Assembly (NCBI RefSeq): GCF_006345805.1
Contig: NC_043001.1
Coordinates: forward strand, 15,252,001-15,316,000
Source of the DNA: Octopus sinensis
Taxonomy: Eukaryota
Direction of reading: 5' to 3'
DNA length: 64,000 bases
Position numbers and translations under genes: made by a program. The notes beneath the pieces were generated by a model. The model was not told the DNA's origin. It did not search any database and worked only from the letters and a program-made list of their open reading frames with translations. Position 1 is the first letter of the stretch. Every line of letters starts with the position of its first letter. Shown here one piece after another: positions 52,128 to 64,000 of the stretch.

Positions 52128-52723
52128 TACTCTTTTACTTGTTTCAGTCATTTGACTGCGGCCATGCTGGAGCACCGCCTTTAACCCTTTAGTGTTCTGA
52201 TTATTCTATCAAACATAATGCTTATTGATTCACATTGATTTAATCTTGATGGTGTAATTACTTAATGTAGAATAACATTGTAGGGTAGGTGTGAGAGCCT
52301 GGATCTGGTCAGTTTGAACATAAAACAGATTAAATATTTTGGCCGGATATGGCTGGTTTAATACTAAAGGGTTAATTGAGCAACTCGACCCCGGGACTTA
52401 TTCTTTTGTAAGCCCAGTACTTATTCTATCGGTCTCTTTTGCCGAACCGCTAAGTAACGGGGACGTAAACACACCAGCATCGGTTGTCAAGCAATGCTAG
52501 GGGGACAAACACAGACACACAAACATACATGCACACACATATATATATACATATATATACGACAGGCTTCTTTCAGTTTCTGTCTACCAAATCCACTCAC
52601 AAGGCATTGGTCGGCCCGGGGCTATAGCAGAAGACACTTGCCCAAGGTGCCACGCAGTGGGACTGAACCCAGAACCATGTGGTTGGTTAGCAAGCTACTT
52701 ACCACACAGCCACTCCTGCGCCT
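52128..52723 (-). mobile_element. SINE family B carrying a nested MITE
   Basis: B-family sequence caccgcctTTAA|ttgagcaactcgaccccggg is split by the insertion. Confidence 0.9.
52185..52371. mobile_element. piggyBac-like MITE inserted at a TTAA inside a SINE
   Basis: TTAA at 52181-84 and 52372-75; CCCTTTAG...CTAAAGGG ends. Confidence 0.9.
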
Positions 52724-53045
52724 ATGTATATTGCTCAAAGTTTACCAAGATGGTAATGAAATTACAATATCAATTGACAACTAAGTATGCGATACTAAAG
52801 AAACTCTTCAGGCCATTTACCTTAAAAAGTTTCAAGAAAATATCAAGAGAGCATGAAGAATAGGAATAATTCATTTGAAAAATAGAATTCCTGAAGAAAT
52901 AACACAATACTGACAATAAATAAATAAATATGACAGTCTAAGAAAGTCAAAAAGCCAAACAAAAATATTAGTTTTCTGAGACCAACATATGAGAAATGAG
53001 GAATATCTTCAAAGAGTTTAGGAAAATAATCTTTGACATCAAACC

Positions 53046-53536
53046 AAATCAAGATAGATGAACATCAATGGAATTTATATCTTTGTGGTACCAGTGCCAG
53101 TGGCACATAAGAAAACCATCCGAACATGGCCGTAGCCAGTACCGCATCGACTGGCCTCCGTGCTGTGGGCATGTAACAAATACCATCCGATCGTGGCCGT
53201 TCGCCAACCTCGTCTGGCACCTGTGTCGGTGGCACATAAAAAAACACCATCCGAGCGTGGCCGTCTGCCAGCCTCGTCTGGCACCTGTGTCGGTGGCACA
53301 TAAAAAGCACCATCCGAGCGTGGCCGTTCGCCAGCCTCGTCTGGCACCTGTGTCGGTGGCACATAAAATCACCCACTACACTCTCGGAGTGGTTGGCGTT
53401 AGGAAGGGCATCCAGCTGTAGAAACACTGCCAGATCTGACTGGCCTGGTGCAGCCTTCGGGCTCCCCAGACCCCAGTTGAACCGTCCAACCCATGCTAGC
53501 ATGGAAAGCGGACGTTAAACGATGATGATGATGATG
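53046..53536 (+). mobile_element. Young RTE-tail type repeat with an internal 63-65 bp tandem array
   Basis: accatccgagcgtggccg...gtcggtggcacataaaa x3 at 53182-53370, then gttggcgttaggaagggcatcc...(GAT)n. Confidence 0.85.
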
Positions 53537-54658
53537 AATATATTTATATTAAATGAATAATTTACTTTTAAAGGACAGATATATGGATTCATAGTTACTT
53601 TTAACTATCAGATAAGACAACTATAAGCATAACAATCATAAATATAGGTATATATGCATATGTATGATATATGTCTCTCTCCCAAGTGTTAAACCACCCC
53701 TAATATTACCTTCCTGCTCCTACTTTTCCATGCAGACATCAACGCTTTCAATATAATTTGCCCCTTGTTTGACCATAAAACAAAAAATGCATAGATCTAA
53801 CATAATATTATGGCCTACATTTGAAGCAGTGAAGTATGGTTGTGTGGTTAACACCACCACCCAGCTCTTGAGCACTTTAGGAGGAGAACCCATTGTTACC
53901 AGCAGTTGGTTTAGGATTCCAGTATGCTCACTAGCCTTGAAGGCCATAAAAGAAGGTCATAGCTATTGCTCTTCCTCCTCTTATTAAATAATTAAAACAA
54001 GAATGACTTGTATTACGTTTCACCGAGAAGAAAAAAGAATTAGTATTTAGTAACTAAAATTAGGAGATGGCAACGAGTGCGTGTGCTGTTTGTTTTATAT
54101 TGTTATATTGATTTTCATAAGAACAACTTCTCAATGTGAGTTCTTCCTTGGAAATACAGCATCACAGACAGCTCGGAATATTAAAGGAGTATTTCATTCT
54201 AATTCCAAAACTGTTATTGCATGACTAGAGAAAATAAATGTTTTAACTTGACTCTTTGTATGTGTGTGTGTGGGTATGCGTGCTTCCTCATCTTGACATT
54301 GCACAGCAGTTGTAAACAAGGATCACCACCATACAAGTGGTGTCCATTTCCTTGAAAACTTGTCCAGCCATGGGGAAGTATTATCTTGCTTGGAAATAGG
54401 TGATGGTTAGTGACAAGAAAGTCATCCTGCCACAGAAAATCTTCCTCAATGAATTCCACCTGATCTATGCAAGCTTAGAACAGTGAACATTAAGATGATA
54501 ATGATTGGGTGATTTTTGTTTTAGTGATATTTGTTAGCACTGAACAGTAAACAGGAATTTAAACAAAAACAATTGAATTTCAGTTTAAAAAACACTCTTT
54601 CTCACCCATCTCCCCACAAAAAGCACTCTTCACAAAGACCTCTTTCATATATTAGAGA

Positions 54659-55055
54659 CTAGCAGTATCGCCCGGCGTTGCTCAGGTTTGTAAGGGAAAT
54701 AACTATATAAGCATTTTTAGAGAGTTATAGCCAAAAAATAGCAAAAAAATGCATTAAAAATGGAAAAAAAATTATGGTAAATTTGTTTTTAAATCGTTGA
54801 CTCATCGTAGACATTTTTAGAGAGTTACTTCCCTTATATAATAGCGAAAAAATGCATTAAAATGGAAAAAATGATGGTAATTTTTTTTTTAAATCGTAGA
54901 CTCATCGTAGACGTGCGCTAATACCCAGAAGGGCTCAATATGAATCACGACTATAAGATACCCGGTTTTGGTTAAACTGCACTGCAAAATGTGGGAGTAG
55001 TTAGGAATCTAAATCGTAGGAGACAGACACACAACCTTACTTTTATATATAAAGA
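54659..55055 (-). mobile_element. Non-autonomous Helitron with an internal ~105-bp duplication
   Basis: Minus strand A|TC...CTAG|T with subterminal hairpin; tttttagagagtta...ctcatcgtagac occurs twice. Confidence 0.8.
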
Positions 55056-55934
55056 TATTCTTGTAGATATCTCCAATACGTAAAATATATGTAAGTTATT
55101 TTAACCATCAAATGCTATCGTAAATACACTAACTTGGCTGGACAAATTTATATTTCTTCCAAAACTAAAATCTCTTTGAATTATGATTTTTAGTGATATA
55201 ACAATAGCTACAGACATTCTATTAAAAGAATGTCAGGTTTCATTATAAGCTAGTAGTATTTTTTTTTATTTTTTGCATCTCTTTCAGTAAAAACTTTATT
55301 CCAGTAACAGGAAATTCCTGCCACCATTTACCAACTTTAAATTAGCAACCTTCTTATATATCCTGTTAGTTCTTACTTCATTGACACCTATCAAAGTATT
55401 GGTGGTAAACAGCATCCTGTTAATTCCTATTTCATTGACACCAAAGTACCGATAGTAGACATTAGTACAAAACAGAAGGTAAACAGTATTTTTATGTCAG
55501 TAAAGCAGAATTTAGTAGGAAACTAAATAAATGAATTTCTCATATTAATATTACTTATTAAAAGATTATTAATTAATGGAAATACTGTGATTTCTTCTTA
55601 AAATAATTATCTACCTCAGACTTTATACTGTGCTTTCTTAAATTGAAGCTAACGTGATTTTTTCAGTGTTAGCAACAACAAAGAAACATCAGATTATTCT
55701 GTAACATTTTATTTCTGGTAAGTAGGAAAGAAGAAGATCCTAATGCCACCACAGAAATGGCTGAGTTAGATAACAAAAAAAAAGAAGGTAGAAATTTTAT
55801 AGGTGTATCCAATGTAAGTTCTAGTTGTGCAAGATCTGGAATGGAATCACAGACAAGCTGACAAAGAAGATTGATTTACTATGTGATAGATGCAGACAGC
55901 AGTAAATGTATACAAGAAAAATTCCTTCAGATGC

Positions 55935-56430
55935 TTGGAAGGCTCCCTCGATGTAGTCATTGTAAGAAAGACATGGAAAAAGTTCAAGGAGATAAAACTT
56001 CTGCTGGCATCAAAAGCTTTCTCTCTCTCAAAGTGAAGGGCATTTTGTATGATGCATGTGTATAGAGTGCAATGCTGCATGGCAATGAGATGTGGGTCTT
56101 TAATGTTGAGGATTTGTGAAGGTCAGAAAGAAACGAGGTAAACATACTCTGCTCGATGTGTAGTGATAATATGCATGAGCGACAGTGCACAAATGAGCTG
56201 AAAGCAAAGCTAGATCGAAGAGGAATTAAATACGGTGTGCAAAGGAAAAGACTACACAGGTACAGGCATGCGATGTATATGGAGAATGTTAGTTGTGTAA
56301 AGAAGTACTGAGGGCTAAAAGTGGACGAAAACTATGGAAGTGGGAGACATCGGAAGACATGGGTCAAAATGAAGACTGATCTTAAGAGGCTGAACTTTTT
56401 TAAAAATGGAGATGACAAATGACCTCAAAG
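55935..56430 (+). mobile_element. RTE LINE 3' fragment
   Basis: TWKKFKEIKLLL...VKGILYDACV*SAMLHGNEMW...GRHRKTW with frameshifts. Confidence 0.85.
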
Positions 56431-57556
56431 AAAGACTAAGTGCTATGCAAGCAAACATTCATCCAACCCTTGCAATCATGACAAAATTGAAGTGAAATTG
56501 GTGGTGGTGAAGGAAGTTGGTCATCAACATCACTTCATGGCCACTTTTCCATGTTTGGGCTCGATACCCTTTCTGTTAACAACACTTATTACCTGTTTCC
56601 AAGCAAATTAATATTTCCCCATAGCCAAACATATTTCCATGGAAGAGTGAAAATAAATATCATTGCTAGTACAATGATGACGATGAAGACGTTCATTTAG
56701 CAGCCATCATGTAATGTCAAGACAAGGGTACACACAAACACACACATAAGTGTACACACGTATATGTACAATAAGCTTCTTTCAATTTCTGTCTATCAAA
56801 CCCACTCATTAGGCTTTGGGTGGCCTGAAACTCTAGTTGAAGACACATGCCCAAAGTGCCATGCTGTGGGACTGAACCCCAAACCAGGTGGTTAGGAAGC
56901 AAACAGGATGAATATCTACATTTTGGCTTCTTGTCTTTTACATTTTTATTACGCCTCCATCTTCTGCCCTGCCACTGTCTTCATTATTCTCTCATCTCTC
57001 ACTCACTGTCTGACCTATCATTGAGCCATGCCACCTGTGTAATGAGGCATGGAACAGGATCTGCTCATATTCAATCTCCCTTCTATTATCCTTTCTTATT
57101 GCAAGCCAACATTTTCTTCTATTCAGTCTCCTTACCAACAACCAAGATGTAGCTATCTATCACTGTCTTTCTTCCATCTCTCCTACCTTTACCACCCTTT
57201 CATTTTTACACTGTTTCAACCATCAACTCTTCTTTTACCTTCTTGCACTAATCCAGTATTTTTCACCACTGTCTTGTATTCATCCTCCTAGTTGGGTTGC
57301 TTTGAAAAAGTGGAAACAATGTGGTTTAGAGGATTCTTTAGCCTTTCCTCTCCAGCGTTGATGTGGTGATAGAATGCATCCAATATAGAAGAGGTACTTG
57401 TCAAGTGATTCACAAATAAACAGATACAATGTGAAATAGAGAGGGTTCTTCACTCTTACTTGTGACAAGGCAGTAACTCTAGTGTTGGTGCCATAATAAA
57501 ATGCACTCAGAACTTATGTAAAATGTTTGGCATTAAGAAGGGTGTCTAGCCTTATA

Positions 57557-57790
57557 TATTTCTTTACTGCCCACAAGGGGTTAAATATAGAGGGAACAAA
57601 CAAGGGCAGACAAAGGGATTAAGTTGATTACATCAACCCCAGTGCGAAACTGGTACTTAATTTATCGACCCCCAAAAGGATGAAAGACAAAGTCGACCTC
57701 GGCGGAATTTGAACTCAGAATGTAATGACAGACGAAATACCGCTAAGCATTTTGCACAGCGCGCTAACATTTCTGCCAGCTCACCGCCTT
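57557..57790 (-). mobile_element. SINE family A
   Basis: 19-bp TSD AAGGGTGTCTAGCCTTATA at 57538-56 and 57791-809. Confidence 0.92.
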
Positions 57791-60700
57791 AAGGGTGTCT
57801 AGCCTTATAGCCATAAAAAAAGACTCATGTTAACTGAGCTGCTGGGAATATAAGGAGAATATGAGACTAACCTGACTTTTTATAATGTTAAAAATCTTAA
57901 AATTTTGATGTAGATTTCTATTCCAGCTAATGGAGATTAAAGAGGGTTTAAAAACTCACTAGAGTCTTTCTTGCTATTCTAATAAGAATTAAAATACTCG
58001 TGTAAACAGTGTGCATTTTATGAAAAGTCACAAATGTTTAAAGCAGTAAATTCTTTACATAATGAAACAGGAAGCTTTAAAATACTTTTTATTTCAACAA
58101 AATTAAGACAAATGTTTTAAGTGGTTGAAAACATGCTTGGAGAATTAAAAAAAACTAATGTAGAATCAAATATGCTGAGAAAGAAAAAAATATATTAGAC
58201 AACGAAGAATATTTTATTTCTTTTTCCTTATTTCCATCAACAAGCACAAGAGATAACTACAGACATAAATCCTTAAATCCTTAAAATTATTTTAGCCCGA
58301 AGGCCGCGGCCATGCTGGGGCACCACCGCTGTTTAACTTTCATTTAACCACCACATGTTTAACTTTCATTGAAGTTTATTAGAAATGTCTATTATCATAC
58401 AACTTGCCAAAGTATAAGTGTCTGAATCACTTAGTAATTATAAAGAAATATATATTCGTTGGCTTAAATAAAGAATAGTTTTTAGAAACTATATAAATCT
58501 GAAATACCAATATTTATAGAACAAATTTGATTTGCTATATCATTAGTATTCAGTTTTTTTTACACATTCTAATTTTCAAATATAAATGTAAGAATAATTC
58601 AAAGCCTTATTCAAAAAGGTAGTATAGTAGACAGGATTTTTTAAAATGCTAATTCAAGTAAGAAATAACTTATATGAAGGCTAGATTATGAATGAACAAA
58701 TTAACAGATCAAGATGTAAATAAAAAAAAAATAAAGGCTATAAAAATAGAAGTTTAATCTTAATATTGCTATATAAAAATTTAATTATTTATAAAGTGGG
58801 GAAAAAGAAAATGTTCTAATCATTAGATTGCTGTTAGATTGTTTATTATCTACAAGCAATTTATAACACAGAAACAATAAGATCTAATAGTACTTTGCAG
58901 TATCCTTTTGGTCATATCAATTAAAAAATAAACTAATTCAGCAATTTAAAGGAAATCATTTGACTGGCCTTATAAGTATACACAACTGTAGCAGACATTT
59001 TAAAAGTACTGCACGTAGGGAAAAGTATGTTTAACCTTCTCAGTATAAAAGTATACGATGTAATTTTTTTTTGTTTTATATATATATATATCAACTTCCT
59101 GAGACAACTACAATTGTTGCTACACAGATTTTTGTCATGTTTCTCATTGACATTAGCTGAAGACTCAGCGCAGATTTTTTTCAATAGTACTACAAGTGGA
59201 AATATAAAGTCATTATTCAGAAGCAGTTTATAAGAAGACTAAAATCAGATTACTAGTGTCAACTGTAAACTGAGAGGAGTAAGTATGCTTAAGACTGAAG
59301 CATATGATAGAAAATAAGATAAAAAATAAATTGAAAGGGAAATAATTTTGGCCTTTGGTCACTCCAGAGTGTATATATTTAGTCGTTATGGCATCCTGTG
59401 TATGAAATAAGAGCCATCTCAAGTACTAATTTTACTTGTAGTCTATTCTTGACCAGCTCTTTTATTCATATAACAATTATTTTTCAAGAGCTTCTAAAAA
59501 AAATAGATATACTTTGCTTGACATCAAAAGCACTTCAGATCTTAAAAAGATATTTTGGAGGAATAATTGTCTCACAATTAAATGCAAAGAAAACTCAAAT
59601 ATATTAAACAAAGAAAAATATGAGATGGCTTTGTTTGCTTAAAATATCTACTTATTCAAAGATAGGTAACAAGTACAGATATTGCCAGACTAAGTCAAAC
59701 AAATTAGTAACTCTACATTCAGAACAGAAAAATATTTCTTTTTAAGTATTGATCAGTGTGCCAATTATTCTAGGCTTTAATTATTTCAGTTCTATTTGAT
59801 TTAGACCTGAGAGTGACTACCCCAAAACCAAAATGCATCTTGGAATCTGGCTTTTAAACAACAATGGCTTTGTAGAGAGAAAAAAAAATCATCTACATAA
59901 TCTATGAATATGCAACCTTATTATCAATTAATAAGGAAAGAGAACTAGATAAGATTAGTAAAATTAGATTTTCAAGTGCCAGAGGTTGGTAAGACACAGA
60001 AGTAAAAGGAAAATTAAGTAGCAGAATTCGGTTAGTAGAATTGGAGAGAAAGGATTACAAATCTTTAGGGATACTTTTAAGTGATGATACAAAAGATAGG
60101 AAGCTGCAGTAAACAGATTTTATATTAATTACAGTGGAAAAACAAGAAACTAGCTAAAAATAAAATACAACACAATAGCATGCAAGGGCTTACAATCCTA
60201 AAACTAAACAAATGTTAAAAATAAAAGTATTTCTTGGTTTTTCAAAAGAAACCTATGTCATTATGAATGTCAGAAGAGTTTTCCAAGAGAAACTGGAAGA
60301 ATAAATGTACTTAACAACTACATACAATGTAGGCCTTAAATATTAAATACACAAGAGTCAAGACTATTGAAAAGGTTGCAAGACGCAACAAAGATTTTTG
60401 GAAAATAAAAATAAGGAATAAGTGGAAATTTTACCAGTAAGTATGTTAAATTATAAGGCACAAAAAGAAAATGACTCTCCCCAGACACAACATTAAATAC
60501 ACAGTTTTAAGCTTATTTTATGTATTACAGAAACCAAAACCAAGTGAGCAAATTTTCAAAAACAAAGAATAATTTCCCCAAAATAGCAATTATAACCAAT
60601 TAAAATCCAATGAAAATTATAAATTGACTCTAAATAGTAACAAAGCATTGTTTATATATCAAGTGATTTATATTGAAAAACTTTTATGAAAATCACCTAA

Positions 60701-61149
60701 ATTAATATACACAGCAGCAAATGATGTTAGACTTCATTATTCAAAATATAGAATGAAAGCTGAATGAAAACTTTGCAATATGTATCAGAGTTCTCCCCAA
60801 TTCCTTACTCTATTGGTTCAACACCAACAACTCACACTTTACTATCCTTATTGATACACAATCCAATCATTTTTATGCTGCCTTTTGTTAGCTATAGGTC
60901 TTCCAACAGCCAAATCACTGGCCCAGTGCATCTGTGATGATGAATGAAATGAAGGACTGTCCAGGAAACATATGTGGAACAAATACCAGAAGGTACAATT
61001 TAACAGTTTCCTTGCTGGTGCATACATCTTTCACAAGGTATATTGATGAGAGGAATACAAATACCAGCAAGTTGTGGTTCTCAGACTCTTCTATAAGGGT
61101 AGCTATATTTAATAAAAACTGACTTGGACTGTGGTGACCCATGTCAGTA

Positions 61150-61395
61150 TGATGAGTTATAAGAACAAGAACATCAGCATAGGGGATCTCCCATGAGTAA
61201 CTGGTCTTAAAGTCCCCTATTAGGGCCTGGATGACTATGATATATAGAAGGAGACTAATAACCAGGCTCTGGTGAACTACCAGTACACTAAATTCATGGC
61301 TGTACTCATTGCTAGCTCTCATGTTATTGGCAGTACTCCTGTACAAGGCTTGAATGGTTCACACTAGCAATGTGTCTACTCTCAGCATCCACAGT
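61150..61395 (-). mobile_element. RTE LINE reverse-transcriptase core fragment
   Basis: IQALYRSTANNMRASNEYSHEFSVLVVHQSLVISLLLYIIV...SWEIPYADVLVLI (decayed GVHQGSVLSPLLF and YADD motifs). Confidence 0.85.
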
Positions 61396-63654
61396 AATTT
61401 TTTTCCCAAACTGACATCCACCACTGACCATGCCTCCACTTGTGTTCCCCATCTGTCTAAGTCCCTTTGCTTTCTCACTCTTGCAAGCTGAGCCACCCTT
61501 TCCAATCCTCTCTTACATTCACCTTGTTGTACTTGGAGAGTATGCCTTGACCCTTCATCTCCACCATCTCTTTCCTCTTTTCAGCTGAGGTAACCATGTA
61601 TCCCCTCTCTTCTGGCATAAAGCCAACTGTCAATACCACACACCCCATCCAGTTAAGGGGTCTTGTCATATGAGTTACTTCGTGAACTCACTACTGTCAA
61701 TGCCATGAAAAAAAAACACAATCACTCAGTACATTTGGTGAAGTTACTGGCATTAGGAAGGGCTTCTCTCCATAGAAATCATGCTAAAACAGACATTAGA
61801 GTTCAATGCAATCCTGTAGCTTGTTAGATTCTATTGAAGTATCCAACACATGTTGGCATGGAAGATAGATATTAAGCAATGATTATTATGAGGATACGCA
61901 CACAAAATCATATATTGTGAATGAATTTGATAGACGGAAACTGTGTGGAAGCCCATTATATATATATATATATATATATGAGATGCAGCATGGAATTTTG
62001 TCAATGAAAAGGTCATGGTCTCAAAGCAACGAAAATATTTGGCAAATTAAATTTAAATGTTGAAGTGAATCTAATGGTTTTTGTGTGTTTAAATAGCTTA
62101 TAAACACCTTCCACACTGCAATTGTATATATATACATACACACATATGCATTTATTTGTCCACCACCACCACTTGACAACTGGCATTGGCTTGTTTATGT
62201 CTCCATAGCTTAGCTATTTGGCAAAAGAGACCAATAGAATAAGTGCCAAACTTTAAAATAAGTACTGGGGTTGAATTTTTCAACAAAAAAATCTGCAATC
62301 CAGTGACTGAAACCAGTGAAAGATAAAAGATGCAAACACTCCCTCGTTAGTTCATTAACATTCAGAAACAAATCATACAAGCAAGAGGAAAAATAAAAAA
62401 TAAAGAAGCATGAAAGTGATATCGTATATGTGTAAACCATGCAAGGAAACAGAAAATCATTTGCTGCCTGGGTGTAAAATATTAAATGGAGATGATTATG
62501 TTAGGAGATATTAAAATTGCATTGATGTTCTTTTTAAAAGAAATCCAGTGCAGTATAAAACCAGATGGGATAAATGGACCATGATGAAAAATAAGGAAAA
62601 TTAACTATACTGGGATTTTGAATATATGCAAAACAATCATCAACAGAAGATGAGATTTAATTTTAGAAAATAATTCCAAGAGGTAAAATACAGATTATTG
62701 AAATGATCTACCCATTGAGAAATACTTTAATGCAAAAAAAGCATGAGAAGAGACCAAGAAATACAAAAAAGAAAAGAGTCTTTGAGGTTCCTGAAAGAAG
62801 TAGAAGATTATACTAATTGTAAGTTTGTTGATTAGATCCAAGTCAGTTCCAAATGAGCAAAGCTATGATCAAAAGTATTCCGGTGATGGCATTTCGTTTT
62901 TTTTTTAAGCACATTGCATATCAAGGACTACATCATCCAATGTATCGCTCTGTTAGTCAATTACATCAGCCCCAGTGCTTCACTGATACTTTATTTTCTT
63001 AGTATCAGGGTTGAAAGGCAAAGGGAAGGTGACCTTGGTGGAATTTGAACTCAGAATATCAAGAGACAGGACAAATAATGCAAGGATTTTGTCTGATATT
63101 CTAACAGTTCTACCAATCCACTACCATTAATCATCATCATCATTTAGCATCTGCTTTCTGTGTTGGCATGGGTTAGACAGTTTGACTGGAAATGGTAAGC
63201 TGGAGAGCAGCACCAGGTTCCGTCTGTTTTGGTCTGGTTTCTACAGCTGGATGCCCTTCCTAATGTCAACCACTCCAAGAGTGTAATGGGTGTCTTTTAT
63301 GTGTCCACACTATGATTTCATTTAGCCTGATGAGTCTTCTCAAGCACAGCAAAGGTCTTGATAATCATAATAATAGTAAAAACTGGATATAAATACAAAT
63401 GTGACCCATCAATAGTTGGCTGCATCTGGACTTAAATCAGATCAAAGGGTTTCATTATAGCAGATTAAGAAACTACCAAGCAAGCATTTCTAAAAATGGT
63501 GCAGACCCTACCTGCCTGCCACTTTTGTGGTACAACCAAGAAAACAATTGACTACCTCCTTTCTGGTTGCTCTATGCTAGCTTCAAATGAATACATTATT
63601 CACCATGATAGAAATGGCCAATATATGCACTGATTTATATGCCATAAGTTTGGA

Positions 63655-64000
63655 CTCCCATATGAGAAGAACTGGTGGAAACATAAACCTGCCAAAATAG
63701 TAGAAAATGACGATATCACCATTCTCTGAGATTTTAGTATTCAAACTGATTGTGCTATACAGGCAAAGACTAGATATTATGAAAAAAAAAATCACATTGA
63801 CAAAACATGCCTGCTCATAGATGTGTTAATGCCAGCAGATTGAAATGCTTCATAAAATTATTTGAAAAATTAAGAAAATATAAGAACTTTGAAGCAGAGG
63901 TTTCAAAAATGCAGCCTCTAAGAACAACTGTGCCTGTAATCCTCAGAGCTTTGGGGACAATACCAAAGAGTGCTCTTGAACACTATGGCTAAATATCAAG
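63655..64000 (+). mobile_element. R4/Dong-like non-LTR element, restriction-like endonuclease domain fragment (runs off the window)
   Basis: NWWKHKPAKIVENDDITIL*DFSIQTD...TCLLIDV...EKLRKYKNFEAEV...VPVILRALGTIPK. Confidence 0.8.

Noticed and set aside
53049-53502. Overlapping 95-145 aa ORFs with repeated peptides
   Set aside because: Products of the GC-rich minisatellite inside a retroposon

Overview
AT-rich, microsatellite- and SINE-dense animal genomic DNA. The repeat landscape (tRNA-headed SINEs with (TA)n/(TG)n cores, RTE tails, mariner, Helitron and hAT/piggyBac MITEs) most resembles an octopus genome; this is recognised from memory and not verified. Only one protein-coding segment is well supported: a 150-nt phase-0 exon on the minus strand (11440-11589) matching the coiled-coil/armadillo junction of HSF2BP/MEILB2, so much of the window is probably large introns. 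Nearly all other ORFs in the track are repeat-derived or spurious. Decayed mobile elements include two mariners (one full length with TIRs and TA TSD), RTE, CR1, L2-like and R4/Dong-like LINE fragments, a Gypsy gag-protease remnant, three non-autonomous Helitrons and several MITEs. The most interesting signal is three different plus-strand type I hammerhead-ribozyme motifs. The best one lies in a 346-nt tandem unit (14264-14805) whose two ends base-pair, as expected for a retrozyme-like circular RNA. A second lies in a 316-nt partial tandem unit (29450-29855), and an eroded third forms the tail of a tRNA-like/(AAT)n element (20882-21148).
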